A stretch of DNA of 64,000 nucleotides from Fluviicola sp. (GTDB taxonomy: Bacteria; Bacteroidota; Bacteroidia; Flavobacteriales_D; Crocinitomicaceae): the NCBI GenBank assembly GCA_020849495.1, contig JADLGD010000029.1, positions 58,439-122,438 on the forward strand, given 5' to 3'. Numbering within the stretch: the first letter of the stretch is position 1; every line of letters starts with the position of its first letter. Under the pieces are notes generated by a model. The model worked only from the letters and a program-made list of their open reading frames with translations, was not told the origin of the DNA and did not search any database. Position numbers and translations under genes: made by a program. Shown in pieces: positions 10,009 through 18,809 of this stretch.

Positions 10009-10030
10009 AGGGGCGTTTAGCCCCTTTTTT
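10009..10030 (+). terminator. Intrinsic terminator after the KTSC gene
   Basis: AGGGGC-gttta-GCCCCT followed by a T run. Confidence 0.75.
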
Positions 10031-10105
10031 GTTTTGAAGAAGTCATTTCCTTCCTTTCCGCAGGAGAAAAGTGATAAAACAACTATTAAGTACAGTAAAT
10101 TTTTC

Positions 10106-10735
10106 TTAATAGTTAAACTCATAAAACCTTTGTTCATTAGGACTTAAAAAGATGGTGTCGGAGAAATTATTTGTAATTCCATTTTTTGTTACTTCCCAAG
10201 TAAAAAACCAATAACCCATTGGCACTTGAACAAAATTTGGCATGGTATAATCTTGACATCCATTGTAAATAGCAGGATTATTAAAACCCGTATAACCAGA
10301 CAAATTTGAAACTCTTGTTACTTCAATATGATCATTTGCATCAATGCAATTAACGTTGTTATACCTAAATTTCAAATAAGCACACTCCGCAAACTCAAAG
10401 TTAAAATGTCCATTTTCATCAAAAGGGCTATCGAAAAACATGTTGATTTGTTTATTGTAACAGGTGTTTGCTGGTTCAACCACCCGAACCGCGTACCTCC
10501 TGTTCCGCTTTTCATGCAATTCTACCACTGCTTCTCCATTTGCATTCAAAACACCAGAAGCAACCGTTTTTGTGCCTTCTCCATTCACAGCTCCCACTCT
10601 AGAAGAAACCACACTATATTCCAAACCCGGATATCGCTCACCGGTGATCGCATTAGTGGCAGTTATGACAATGGTGCGTTCTTTTCCACAGGAGGATAAC
10701 AAACAAGCAACTAAAAGAAAGAGAAATGGTTTCAT
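10106..10735 (-). CDS. Lipoprotein, paralog 3 (divergent) of the tandem family; candidate immunity protein
   Basis: Lipobox LLSS-C; C-terminal domain shares N.NC..D, GC and EVT.NG..N.F.DT..L.P...Y with the two upstream paralogs. Confidence 0.75.
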   Translation of the reverse strand: MKPFLFLLVACLLSSCGKERTIVITATNAITGERYPGLEYSVVSSRVGAVNGEGTKTVASGVLNANGEAVVELHEKRNRRYAVRVVEPANTCYNKQINMFFDSPFDENGHFNFEFAECAYLKFRYNNVNCIDANDHIEVTRVSNLSGYTGFNNPAIYNGCQDYTMPNFVQVPMGYWFFTWEVTKNGITNNFSDTIFLSPNEQRFYEFNY

Positions 10736-10820
10736 AAGTAATCCTTTTTACAAATTTGAGCAATTATTACACTTCAATTGTTGCAATTTTCCGTACTTGT
10801 GATTTGGGAACCGTAGGGGT

Positions 10821-11540
10821 TTAGTAATTGATAAATAGATTGTTATTTACACCAGGAGCTACAAGAATTGTATCCATGTATTCGTTTAAAACACCATTGC
10901 GGGTTACTTGAATTTTATAAACATGCAGACCAGCATTTCCATTGTACTGATAATTATTAGAAAAACAACCAAAAGCATAAGGACTCCAATAATTATTAAT
11001 GAAATCGTAATAATAATCTTGTTCATTAATGTTACGCAATATTATACGCATACTATCAGAAGGACCTGTGCAATTGACATTTTCTATCTTGTAATTAATA
11101 TCCATTTTCGGTAACAATCGCAAATAAATTTCTTTCGGCTCATTGGCAAATACATCAATAAACTGAGGCGTGTTGATAAGGGTATAATCTGAATACGGAC
11201 TTTGTACACCGCTATAATCAAAAAAGCATTGGTAATACCTGTTTTTGGTTTCTTTTCTGCGTTTGGTAAATGCGACTACTGCACGTCCGTTTGCCCCAGT
11301 TACACCTTGCATTTCAAAACCAGTGGGTTCACTTGGACCAAAAAGTTGATCTCCACCCGAACTGTATTCAACTACCTTAAATTTTACGCCTGGTATGGGC
11401 GTATGATCGTAAGGGATTTCACATTGCACCGCAACTTTAAATAAAAGCACATCGTTTTTCTTGCAACCTAGAAAGAAAAATAAACTAAGCGCAATACAAA
11501 ATGCGCCTAGTTTTGAATGATTACTATTTGGTGTTGCCAT
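10821..11540 (-). CDS. Lipoprotein, paralog 2; candidate immunity protein
   Basis: Lipobox FFLG-C; first ~140 aa nearly identical to 11552..12277, C-terminal ~95 aa divergent. Confidence 0.8.
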   Translation of the reverse strand: MATPNSNHSKLGAFCIALSLFFFLGCKKNDVLLFKVAVQCEIPYDHTPIPGVKFKVVEYSSGGDQLFGPSEPTGFEMQGVTGANGRAVVAFTKRRKETKNRYYQCFFDYSGVQSPYSDYTLINTPQFIDVFANEPKEIYLRLLPKMDINYKIENVNCTGPSDSMRIILRNINEQDYYYDFINNYWSPYAFGCFSNNYQYNGNAGLHVYKIQVTRNGVLNEYMDTILVAPGVNNNLFINY

Positions 11541-11549
11541 GAGTTGTTG
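11125..11549. repeat. Direct repeat copy A (~425 bp; partner 11862-12286, offset 737 bp)
   Basis: Manual alignment gives roughly 90-95% identity, with an identical run at 11431-11523 / 12168-12260. Confidence 0.95.
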
Positions 11550-11551
11550 GT

Positions 11552-12277
11552 TTAATATTGGATAAACACCTCATTTTCTTGGTTTGGTAGTATTAAAAAA
11601 GTGTCTATAAAAGTATTTACTTGACCATTTCGAGTGACTTCGTATTGATAAACTTCATGACCACTAGTAATACTACTATTAGTATAATCGATTATCACAC
11701 CGCAACCTAAATGGTAGCTTCCCCAAGGAGATGTGTCGTCGAAGGAAGAGTTTGGGTTTGAATCATAATTATAAACTCTCCATCTTATTCTATCATTTTC
11801 GTCAAAGCACGTTTGATTTTCAACTTTAAAATGATAACTTGTTTTAGGCAATAACTTGAGGTAAATTTCCTTCGGATCATTGGCAAATACATCAATAAAC
11901 TGAGGCGTGTTGATAAGGGTGTAATCAGGGTAAGGGCTTTCTACGCTGCTGTAATCAAAAAAACATTGGTAATACCTATTTTTGGTATCTTTTCTGCGTT
12001 TGGTAAATGCGACTACTGCACGTCCGTTTGTTCCAGTTATACCCTGCATTTCAAAACCAGTGGGTTCACTTGGGCCAAAAAGTTGATCTCCACCCGAACT
12101 GTATTCTACAACTTTAAATTTTACGCCTGGTATGGGCGTATGATCGTAAGGTATTTCACATTGCACTGCAACTTTAAATAAAAGCACATCGTTTTTCTTG
12201 CAACCTAGAAAGAAAAATAAACTAAGCGCAATACAAAATGCGCCTAGTTTTGAATGATTAATGTTTGGTGTTGCCAT
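11552..12277 (-). CDS. Lipoprotein, paralog 1; candidate cognate immunity protein
   Basis: Lipobox FFLG-C; start overlaps the last 34 bp of the upstream T9SS hydrolase gene. Confidence 0.8.
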   Translation of the reverse strand: MATPNINHSKLGAFCIALSLFFFLGCKKNDVLLFKVAVQCEIPYDHTPIPGVKFKVVEYSSGGDQLFGPSEPTGFEMQGITGTNGRAVVAFTKRRKDTKNRYYQCFFDYSSVESPYPDYTLINTPQFIDVFANDPKEIYLKLLPKTSYHFKVENQTCFDENDRIRWRVYNYDSNPNSSFDDTSPWGSYHLGCGVIIDYTNSSITSGHEVYQYEVTRNGQVNTFIDTFLILPNQENEVFIQY

Positions 12278-12286
12278 GAGTTGTTG
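11862..12286. repeat. Direct repeat copy B (~425 bp)
   Basis: See copy A; includes the last 14 codons of the hydrolase gene and the 5' half of paralog 1. Confidence 0.95.
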
Positions 12287-15072
12287 AACTTTAAATAAAC
12301 AATATACATACCTGATGCCAATGAAGGTACGGATAAATTTGTGCTACCAGTCAATGTTGTACCAAAACAAACAATGCCGTTGGGCTGTACTAATTTTATT
12401 TCCGTAGATTCTGTGTAGTTTTCAGGCAACTGAATGTGGAAACTACCATTCGATGGGTTCGGAAAGATCCTCCATTGTGATTCAGCTGACTGATTCTGAA
12501 TTAGTATATTACGGCCAAAATCATTTTCAGTATCTTCTTCAGAATCGCCAGTTAGAACTGAGGTTTGCAAAGATTTTGGACAATTCTCTGATCCAATGAA
12601 CAAATGTACGTCAGTACCTGCTTTGAAGTGCACACCTGGCTTTAAATGAACAATAGTGCCCGCCATAACCTCCGAGATACTATTCGCTTCAAAACTTACA
12701 GGCAAAAAGTCTGTTTTTTGAGTAACATGTTCACCCATTGTAATGGAGTTTGAAGTTGTGAAATCTGCTCGGTAACTTGCACCTGCTGTAGTATATTCGC
12801 CCACCTTTCGGTTTTGTAAATACATGTGTTCACCTTCTGTTTCCAATACATGAAACGTTACCAAAACGGGTTGCATAGCTGACGGCACACCTACGTTATC
12901 GGTTGGGCTTTTTGCTAAACCAGTAAGGTGCTCGGTGTTTTGATCAAAGGTAAACAAGGCATCGAAGGGTGTAACAGTATAATGGTTAGATGGGTACCCC
13001 AAATGTGGATATCCGAAGAAGTTTGAAGAGTTGTTAGGATTATTTGTGCTTGCTGAAATCTCATTTTCAAACATGAGAAAATTTTTCTTAAAATCATAAT
13101 CCAATCTTCCGCCAGCAAACTGAGTTCCAATATTCCGCACATCGTGCGTAAAAACAGTTGGTGTAAACGAAAACTGTGAGCCTCTTCTTATGTTTGGTTC
13201 ACCTGGTGTTTCACCATCAAAAATCACCAAAGCCTGCTCAACGATAGGTTTTTCTCCAAATGGAAACAAACCTCCTGGAGCATTGTCTAACAAAAGCGGA
13301 TTAATAGTTGCTGCTGCATACCTTACCTGCCAAGGTTTAAATAATGGTTTTTGCTCATAATAAAAAACACGGTGTATGCCTGGTTTCAAAAAAGTAGCTT
13401 CCCAACGTTTAAAAGAATTATTCTGTTTAAGAAAAATATGCCCCATCTCTGAGGGATACGGATAGTGATCTACGCTACCAGAAACATATTCTGGAATGCT
13501 CGAACCATTCGAGATTGAGACATTGCGTTGAAAAGAAGGATAATCTTGTAAATGCGTGTTTTTTGAATGGTTATACGTGCTTTGTAGTGCTAAGTAGCTT
13601 GTTCTTAAGGGGTGCCAACCTTGGCTAGGATAAGACGGGGAGCCTGTTTGTGTATGAAAATAATAAAGCAATTCTTGGGCTAGAGGCACATTAAAAATAT
13701 AGTTAATTGCATATAACCTCAAATTCCAAGCATCATATTCATAATCCATCATATAATCGATGGTATGCTGCAAGCCCAGTGGCACATTTGCTCCTAGGTT
13801 TTCTCCATCGTTAGAAATAAATAATCGTGTGTGTGGATGTTTACCATTATTTTCCAAATAGCGTTTTTCCATTTTAAGAAGCGCCAACCGTGCACACAAA
13901 GCACCAGCACTATAACCCGTAACGATATTTTCTTCATAGTAACCATCAGAATTTTTCCTTGTATTCACGGCATTAATCACCTTAATAGCAACTTCTGTAT
14001 TTAGATCAATGGATGCATTTGGTGGATTTATTTGTGCAAAAACAATGTCAAACCCCTTTTCTCTCAATTCACCAAAAACATTAGTTACGTTGAACTGATT
14101 CAAAAGCGTAAAATAATCTGTAGGCCATCCTTGGTTATTATTTATCAGTCCTTTATCAGTGTGAGGACCAAAACCTGTAAAAACTATGTATGGTTTTCTT
14201 AATTTTTTATCAGCACATGCATAGAAAATACGGTATTGTATTTTAGGGTTATTTAACCCTGAACTAGCACCCACAGTTAGTCTTTCTTCATATTGCTCAC
14301 TGTATGTACCTAGGTTAAAGGCACTTTTCGGTCGAGGCGTAATATATAGATTTTGTTGCGTTTCAAATAAAGTACCATCATCAAATTGAACAGAAAAATC
14401 AAATGATGTATTTCCATTCAATACGTTTGACAAATCGATAGTTGAACCTGGCAACAGGGTAAATGTAGTTCCACCAACCGTAACGTTAATCATTGAAATC
14501 GATCGCGTTTGATTAGAAAATATATTTTCTAACGGAAAAGTAAGTCGCAATAAATTAGTAGGAACTGTATCTTCCAAAAAGCCAATATAACGAATGTCTC
14601 GTTGAAACAAATCAGATTGTTGTAATGGAGGAAAGGCATCTTGTGTTGTTCCTTGAGAATACACATTCCACAAAGAGGGTAATACACTATTTACCCTTAC
14701 ATCTGCGAATACTAAAGGGTAATCAACAAGTTCTTCCCCATCAAAATTAAAACGTGCCTCCATATAGGAATCAAGAATAGAATCACGATGAATGGTGTTA
14801 GACATATCCCACCAATCTAATAGTGTGAGTACCTGCATCGATTTCTTGCTGCTCGCATTTGCCTGCCAAACAGGTGATGACATAGAAGCAATGATAGAAT
14901 CATTCAAAAGCAATGTTCGATTAGTTAGAAAAGTAGAGTTCCAAGTTTGCCAATTAGAAGCAGAAAAAGCGTAATTCGCTAGTTGTCTGGGATTCTCAAA
15001 AACCAAAGTATCATTCTGTCCCCATGCTTGCACTCCCACAAGCATGAAGAAAAAAAACAATAAGTGCTTCAT
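12244..15072 (-). CDS. T9SS-secreted alpha/beta-hydrolase (PGAP1/DUF676-like lipase fold) with type A CTD
   Basis: Signal peptide MKHLLFFFFMLVGVQAWG; KPYIVFTGFGP; nucleophile elbow GYSAG (13903-13917); TRLFISNDGENLGANVPLGLQ; IVHLKPGVHFKAG repeat-type domain; IFPNPSNG CTD. Start moved from 15105. Confidence 0.8.
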   Translation of the reverse strand: MKHLLFFFFMLVGVQAWGQNDTLVFENPRQLANYAFSASNWQTWNSTFLTNRTLLLNDSIIASMSSPVWQANASSKKSMQVLTLLDWWDMSNTIHRDSILDSYMEARFNFDGEELVDYPLVFADVRVNSVLPSLWNVYSQGTTQDAFPPLQQSDLFQRDIRYIGFLEDTVPTNLLRLTFPLENIFSNQTRSISMINVTVGGTTFTLLPGSTIDLSNVLNGNTSFDFSVQFDDGTLFETQQNLYITPRPKSAFNLGTYSEQYEERLTVGASSGLNNPKIQYRIFYACADKKLRKPYIVFTGFGPHTDKGLINNNQGWPTDYFTLLNQFNVTNVFGELREKGFDIVFAQINPPNASIDLNTEVAIKVINAVNTRKNSDGYYEENIVTGYSAGALCARLALLKMEKRYLENNGKHPHTRLFISNDGENLGANVPLGLQHTIDYMMDYEYDAWNLRLYAINYIFNVPLAQELLYYFHTQTGSPSYPSQGWHPLRTSYLALQSTYNHSKNTHLQDYPSFQRNVSISNGSSIPEYVSGSVDHYPYPSEMGHIFLKQNNSFKRWEATFLKPGIHRVFYYEQKPLFKPWQVRYAAATINPLLLDNAPGGLFPFGEKPIVEQALVIFDGETPGEPNIRRGSQFSFTPTVFTHDVRNIGTQFAGGRLDYDFKKNFLMFENEISASTNNPNNSSNFFGYPHLGYPSNHYTVTPFDALFTFDQNTEHLTGLAKSPTDNVGVPSAMQPVLVTFHVLETEGEHMYLQNRKVGEYTTAGASYRADFTTSNSITMGEHVTQKTDFLPVSFEANSISEVMAGTIVHLKPGVHFKAGTDVHLFIGSENCPKSLQTSVLTGDSEEDTENDFGRNILIQNQSAESQWRIFPNPSNGSFHIQLPENYTESTEIKLVQPNGIVCFGTTLTGSTNLSVPSLASGMYIVYLKFNNSWQHQTLIIQN

Positions 15073-15076
15073 GACC

Positions 15077-16054
15077 CTACTGTTTTTGTTGTTGAATTGC
15101 GTCAATAATAGCTTGTTGTTTTTGCAATAATTCTTGTTGCGTTTTCAGCTGTTCTTGCAAATCAATCAGATACAGTGTCAATTCCTCTACTTTTTCCATT
15201 AAAAGTACATTCGTTTCAGCTACATTGATACCTTGTTCTTGCATTTCTGAAGCACTCGGAACATTTGGTAAATGGTTGTTTGTAGCAATAAAGGATTTTA
15301 CTTCATTCAATGGCATTAAAGGATAGTTTTTCTCAAAAACATAATCAGGCCACGCTTGATCTAGATTTACTTTTATCTCTCTAGCATAGAGCAAACCATC
15401 CGAGTTTAGTTGCAAAAGTTTGTTCCCTGTATGGTCTTCAACTAAAATGGGTTTGGTTTGAAATGTATTGGAGGTTTTTATATGCAGTTTTGCAGTTGGC
15501 ACAACTCCGATACCCACTTTTACATCGGGCAAACAATTATTGTTCAAAACAAACATTGTTTGTTGTCCCGCTTGCCAAAAAGGAGATGAATAAACTAAAT
15601 TACCGTTTGCATCAGTTAAACAAGGGAGTTGTTGGGGCAAAGGTGGAAAGTTATAAATGAGACTTTTTAAATCTCCTCCATTTTTCACTTTTCCATTGGA
15701 ATTGATCATTAATACTCCATCACCAAATAATGTAGTATCGCCCAAAGGTTTGATTCTGAAATCTCCTTCTCTGATAACGACGTCGCCTTTTAAAATTGCT
15801 TTACCATCAACACGCAAATCGGTTTTAACCCGAGCTGTTTTGTTGAAAACTACCGAATCTCTTACAACCAAGGAAGAATCGATTCTTGCAGAACCATTTA
15901 CTTGTAATTTAGTGGTTGGTGAAATGGTTCCGATACCCACATTTCCATTATTGGGTAAGGTATTCGTTTGCCCAAAAGCAAACGAAAAAGTTGCTACTGA
16001 AACCAAGGCTATCCAAAGCTTTTTGGTGTTTTTTGATGTTAGATTGTGATTCAT
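15077..16054 (-). CDS. Secreted tail-fibre-like protein with a peptidase S74/chaperone-like C-terminal domain and coiled coil
   Basis: Signal peptide; GNVGIGTISPTTKLQVNG and KVGIGVVPTAKLHI repeats; WPDYVF...HLPNVPSASEM...LMEKVEELTLY followed by a Q-rich coiled coil. Confidence 0.75.
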   Translation of the reverse strand: MNHNLTSKNTKKLWIALVSVATFSFAFGQTNTLPNNGNVGIGTISPTTKLQVNGSARIDSSLVVRDSVVFNKTARVKTDLRVDGKAILKGDVVIREGDFRIKPLGDTTLFGDGVLMINSNGKVKNGGDLKSLIYNFPPLPQQLPCLTDANGNLVYSSPFWQAGQQTMFVLNNNCLPDVKVGIGVVPTAKLHIKTSNTFQTKPILVEDHTGNKLLQLNSDGLLYAREIKVNLDQAWPDYVFEKNYPLMPLNEVKSFIATNNHLPNVPSASEMQEQGINVAETNVLLMEKVEELTLYLIDLQEQLKTQQELLQKQQAIIDAIQQQKQ

Positions 16055-16199
16055 AAGTGTAAGTTTAGAACCTCAATCTACTAAGAATGATTGAACTATA
16101 CAAAACTTCGCTTGTTTTTTAACAAATGAATCCGAGCTACGAAAGATTCCTCAAACTAGATTATTTGAACAAGAACATCAAGATGGATTGAGCCTCCGT

Positions 16200-17267
16200 T
16201 TATTTTCTCTGCTCCGGAAATAAGCTCAACAAACCTTCTTCAGATGCAGCGCAGACACCTCTTTCGGTAATGAGTGCTGTGACCAAACGTGCAGGTGTTA
16301 CATCAAAACCATAGTTACTTGCTTGTGTGGTTTCAGGACAAATCAACACTTCGTCTAGTTTTCCTGTTGCTTTACTTTTCCCAACTACCCAGCGTACTTC
16401 GTCTTGGTTGCGTTGTTCGATCGGAATTTCTTTCAAACCATCAGAAATGGTCCAATCCAAAGTAGTGGAAGGCAGTGCTACGTAAAACGGAATCTGATTA
16501 TCATGAGCAGCAAGTGCTTTCAAATAGGTTCCGATTTTGTTTGCAACATCACCAATTCGAGTAGTACGATCTGTTCCTACGATACACATGTCCACCATTC
16601 CGTGTTGCATCAAATGTCCGCCTTGGTTATCCACAATCAGTGTATGTGGCACATTGTGGCGAGTCAATTCGTAAGCTGTCAGATTTGCGCCTTGTAAACG
16701 AGGACGTGTTTCATCCACCCAAACATGTACTTTGATGCCTTTTTGAACCGCTTGATAAATCGGCGAAGAAATGGTTCCCCATTCGATGCAACCCAACATT
16801 CCAGCGTTGCAATGTGTGAGTATGTGAACAGTCTCCCCATTTTTTTGTTGGCTCAACGCTTCAATCAATGGCAAACCGTGAACACCAATCATGCGACAAG
16901 TTTCCACATCGTCTTCTACAATGTTTCCAGCTTCAGTCCATGCAGTTTCCACTAAATTCTCAGCATTATCCAAGGCACGTTGCATGCGATCGAGCGCCCA
17001 AAACAAATTCACCGCAGTTGGTCTAGAAGCACGCAAAGCCGCAAAAGCTTCTTCCATGTTTGCACCTTCTCTTGCCGCCAAGTAAACACCATAAGCTGCA
17101 GTTGCACCGATTAATGGCGCACCACGAACAACCATGTCTTTGATTGCGCGTTCTGCATCTTTGTAAGAAACTAATTTTTCAACGACCCACTCGTGTGGTA
17201 ATTTGCGTTGATCAATGACTTCTACATAGTTGTCTTCAGTGGTCCAAATGGTTCTAAATGCGCTCAT
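16200..17267 (-). CDS. mtnA: S-methyl-5-thioribose-1-phosphate isomerase
   Basis: MVVRGAPLIG, RPTAVNL, THCNAG, DETRPRLQG, DVANKIGTY, FDVTPARL. Confidence 0.93.
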   Translation of the reverse strand: MSAFRTIWTTEDNYVEVIDQRKLPHEWVVEKLVSYKDAERAIKDMVVRGAPLIGATAAYGVYLAAREGANMEEAFAALRASRPTAVNLFWALDRMQRALDNAENLVETAWTEAGNIVEDDVETCRMIGVHGLPLIEALSQQKNGETVHILTHCNAGMLGCIEWGTISSPIYQAVQKGIKVHVWVDETRPRLQGANLTAYELTRHNVPHTLIVDNQGGHLMQHGMVDMCIVGTDRTTRIGDVANKIGTYLKALAAHDNQIPFYVALPSTTLDWTISDGLKEIPIEQRNQDEVRWVVGKSKATGKLDEVLICPETTQASNYGFDVTPARLVTALITERGVCAASEEGLLSLFPEQRK

Positions 17268-17290
17268 GATGGAATATTATCGTAATGGAA

Positions 17291-17986
17291 TTAATGAAAT
17301 TGTATCTCGTTGAAATCAGCAGCGGTATTTTTCCAATCTGCTGTTGTACCTGGTCTTACTAATTGAATAGTTTGATAACCTGCAGTGTTTGCCGCTTCCA
17401 ATTCTTCTTTGATATCGGATAAAAACAAGATGTTCTCAGGAGAAACAGTCAACAACTCAGCGATCTTAGCATACGTAGTTGTGTCTCTTTTTCCTCCTGT
17501 TGTTGTATCGAAGTAATTGGAAAAAAGTGGCGTTAAATCACCCGCAATGGAATAACCAAAGATCAATTGCTGTGCAGCGATAGAGCCAGAAGAAAAAACG
17601 CCCAAACCGATTCCAGCAGCATGCCAATTTTGTAAAGCTGCAGCTACTTCGGGGTAAACATGTCCTTTCAATGTTCCGTCTTTGTAGCCTTTCTCCCACA
17701 AAACGCCTTGTACAGCTTTCAAAGGAGTGATTTTTCGATCTTCCACACTCCACTGGTGCAATTTACGGATGATTTCTTCGTCGGTTGAGATCGTTTCGTT
17801 ATCCACTTCCAAGGCCAAATGAATGGTTTCAATGAAAGCTTGTTCTACAACCGGATGGTGTTTCAGCAGCGTTAAATCGTGAATATTGTTTCTGAAATAA
17901 GGAAACAGTTCATCTGCAACAAACGAAATAGACGTTGTTGTTCCTTCAATATCCGTGAGGATAAATGCAGGTTGTTTTAAAATCAT
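17291..17986 (-). CDS. mtnC: Enolase-phosphatase E1 (acireductone synthase)
   Basis: DIEGTTTSISFV...LFPY, DRKITPLKAVQG, FSSGSIAAQ, FLSDIKEEL. Confidence 0.93.
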   Translation of the reverse strand: MILKQPAFILTDIEGTTTSISFVADELFPYFRNNIHDLTLLKHHPVVEQAFIETIHLALEVDNETISTDEEIIRKLHQWSVEDRKITPLKAVQGVLWEKGYKDGTLKGHVYPEVAAALQNWHAAGIGLGVFSSGSIAAQQLIFGYSIAGDLTPLFSNYFDTTTGGKRDTTTYAKIAELLTVSPENILFLSDIKEELEAANTAGYQTIQLVRPGTTADWKNTAADFNEIQFH

Positions 17987-17990
17987 GGGG

Positions 17991-17998
17991 CAAAAATA
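17991..17998 (-). promoter_or_regulatory. -7 element (TATTTTTG) for mtnC-mtnA
   Basis: TAnnTTTG ends 4 nt before the mtnC ATG. Confidence 0.65.
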
Positions 17999-18083
17999 GG
18001 GAAAATCGAACTTAGCAATTAAGTAATAGTATTAAATTCCTTTTTTGCTTCAAAAAGTGACACCTGAACAGGAAAGAATTCAA

Positions 18084-18809
18084 TCAATCAACTTCTTCTT
18101 GATAGGCAATTAGAGGAGGTGTTTGTGGTGGATATTTCACATCTAATACCGACCAAATGATGCTACAGCAAAATAGCCAAATCAAGCACAGATAACCAAA
18201 GTTATTGAAATCATTAAAAAAACCATCGATCATTACAGCCAATACTGAACCATAGAAATAGGTGTTGAATTTATATTTTGAATTTTTTGTAAATGGTAAA
18301 AAAATGTTCCAATCTTTTACTTTGTAGCTATTCAAACGTTTCAGTTCTTTTCGAAATACCAAGTATTCAAAACAGAGAATGAGTAATGAAATTAAAATCA
18401 CACTAGTCCATTGACCATCCCATTTTTCCATAAAGCTTTTGTAATCTTCAACTTTCAACACTTTATAAAAAAATGCTGCAATCATTGACCCAGATACAAT
18501 TGCAGAAATGGCAAGAGCAAAAGTGAACAGAAATATATTGAAAATAAAAACGAAAAATTGCCAAATCAGGACAAGAGGCTGGGCCAATTCAGAAGACACC
18601 AAATCTCCCTTTATAGCAGCATATAGTGAGTTTTTAAACGTCAATTCACACAATGACAAATAATAATTGAAGAACAGACTAAAAAAAGATACATTCATGA
18701 ATAGGATTGTTTGACCTATTTCCCAGGACCAAAAAAAATAACCTATTAATGTAATTAGTACCCAGATGCTATTGATTGCAAGTGAGGAGTAGTTTTTAAG
18801 CCTGCTCAT
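18084..18809 (-). CDS. Hypothetical multi-pass membrane protein
   Basis: 241 aa with about six hydrophobic segments; ATGA overlap with the mtnD stop; visibly AT-rich. Confidence 0.65.
   Translation of the reverse strand: MSRLKNYSSLAINSIWVLITLIGYFFWSWEIGQTILFMNVSFFSLFFNYYLSLCELTFKNSLYAAIKGDLVSSELAQPLVLIWQFFVFIFNIFLFTFALAISAIVSGSMIAAFFYKVLKVEDYKSFMEKWDGQWTSVILISLLILCFEYLVFRKELKRLNSYKVKDWNIFLPFTKNSKYKFNTYFYGSVLAVMIDGFFNDFNNFGYLCLIWLFCCSIIWSVLDVKYPPQTPPLIAYQEEVD

Noticed and set aside
11125-12286. Diversity-generating retroelement TR/VR pair
   Set aside because: Mismatches are not adenine-specific, both copies are coding 5' halves, and there is no reverse transcriptase in the window.
15050-15057. 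A8 tract in the hydrolase signal peptide as a phase-variation switch
   Set aside because: Tracts of this length are common throughout this AT-rich window, and the frame is intact.
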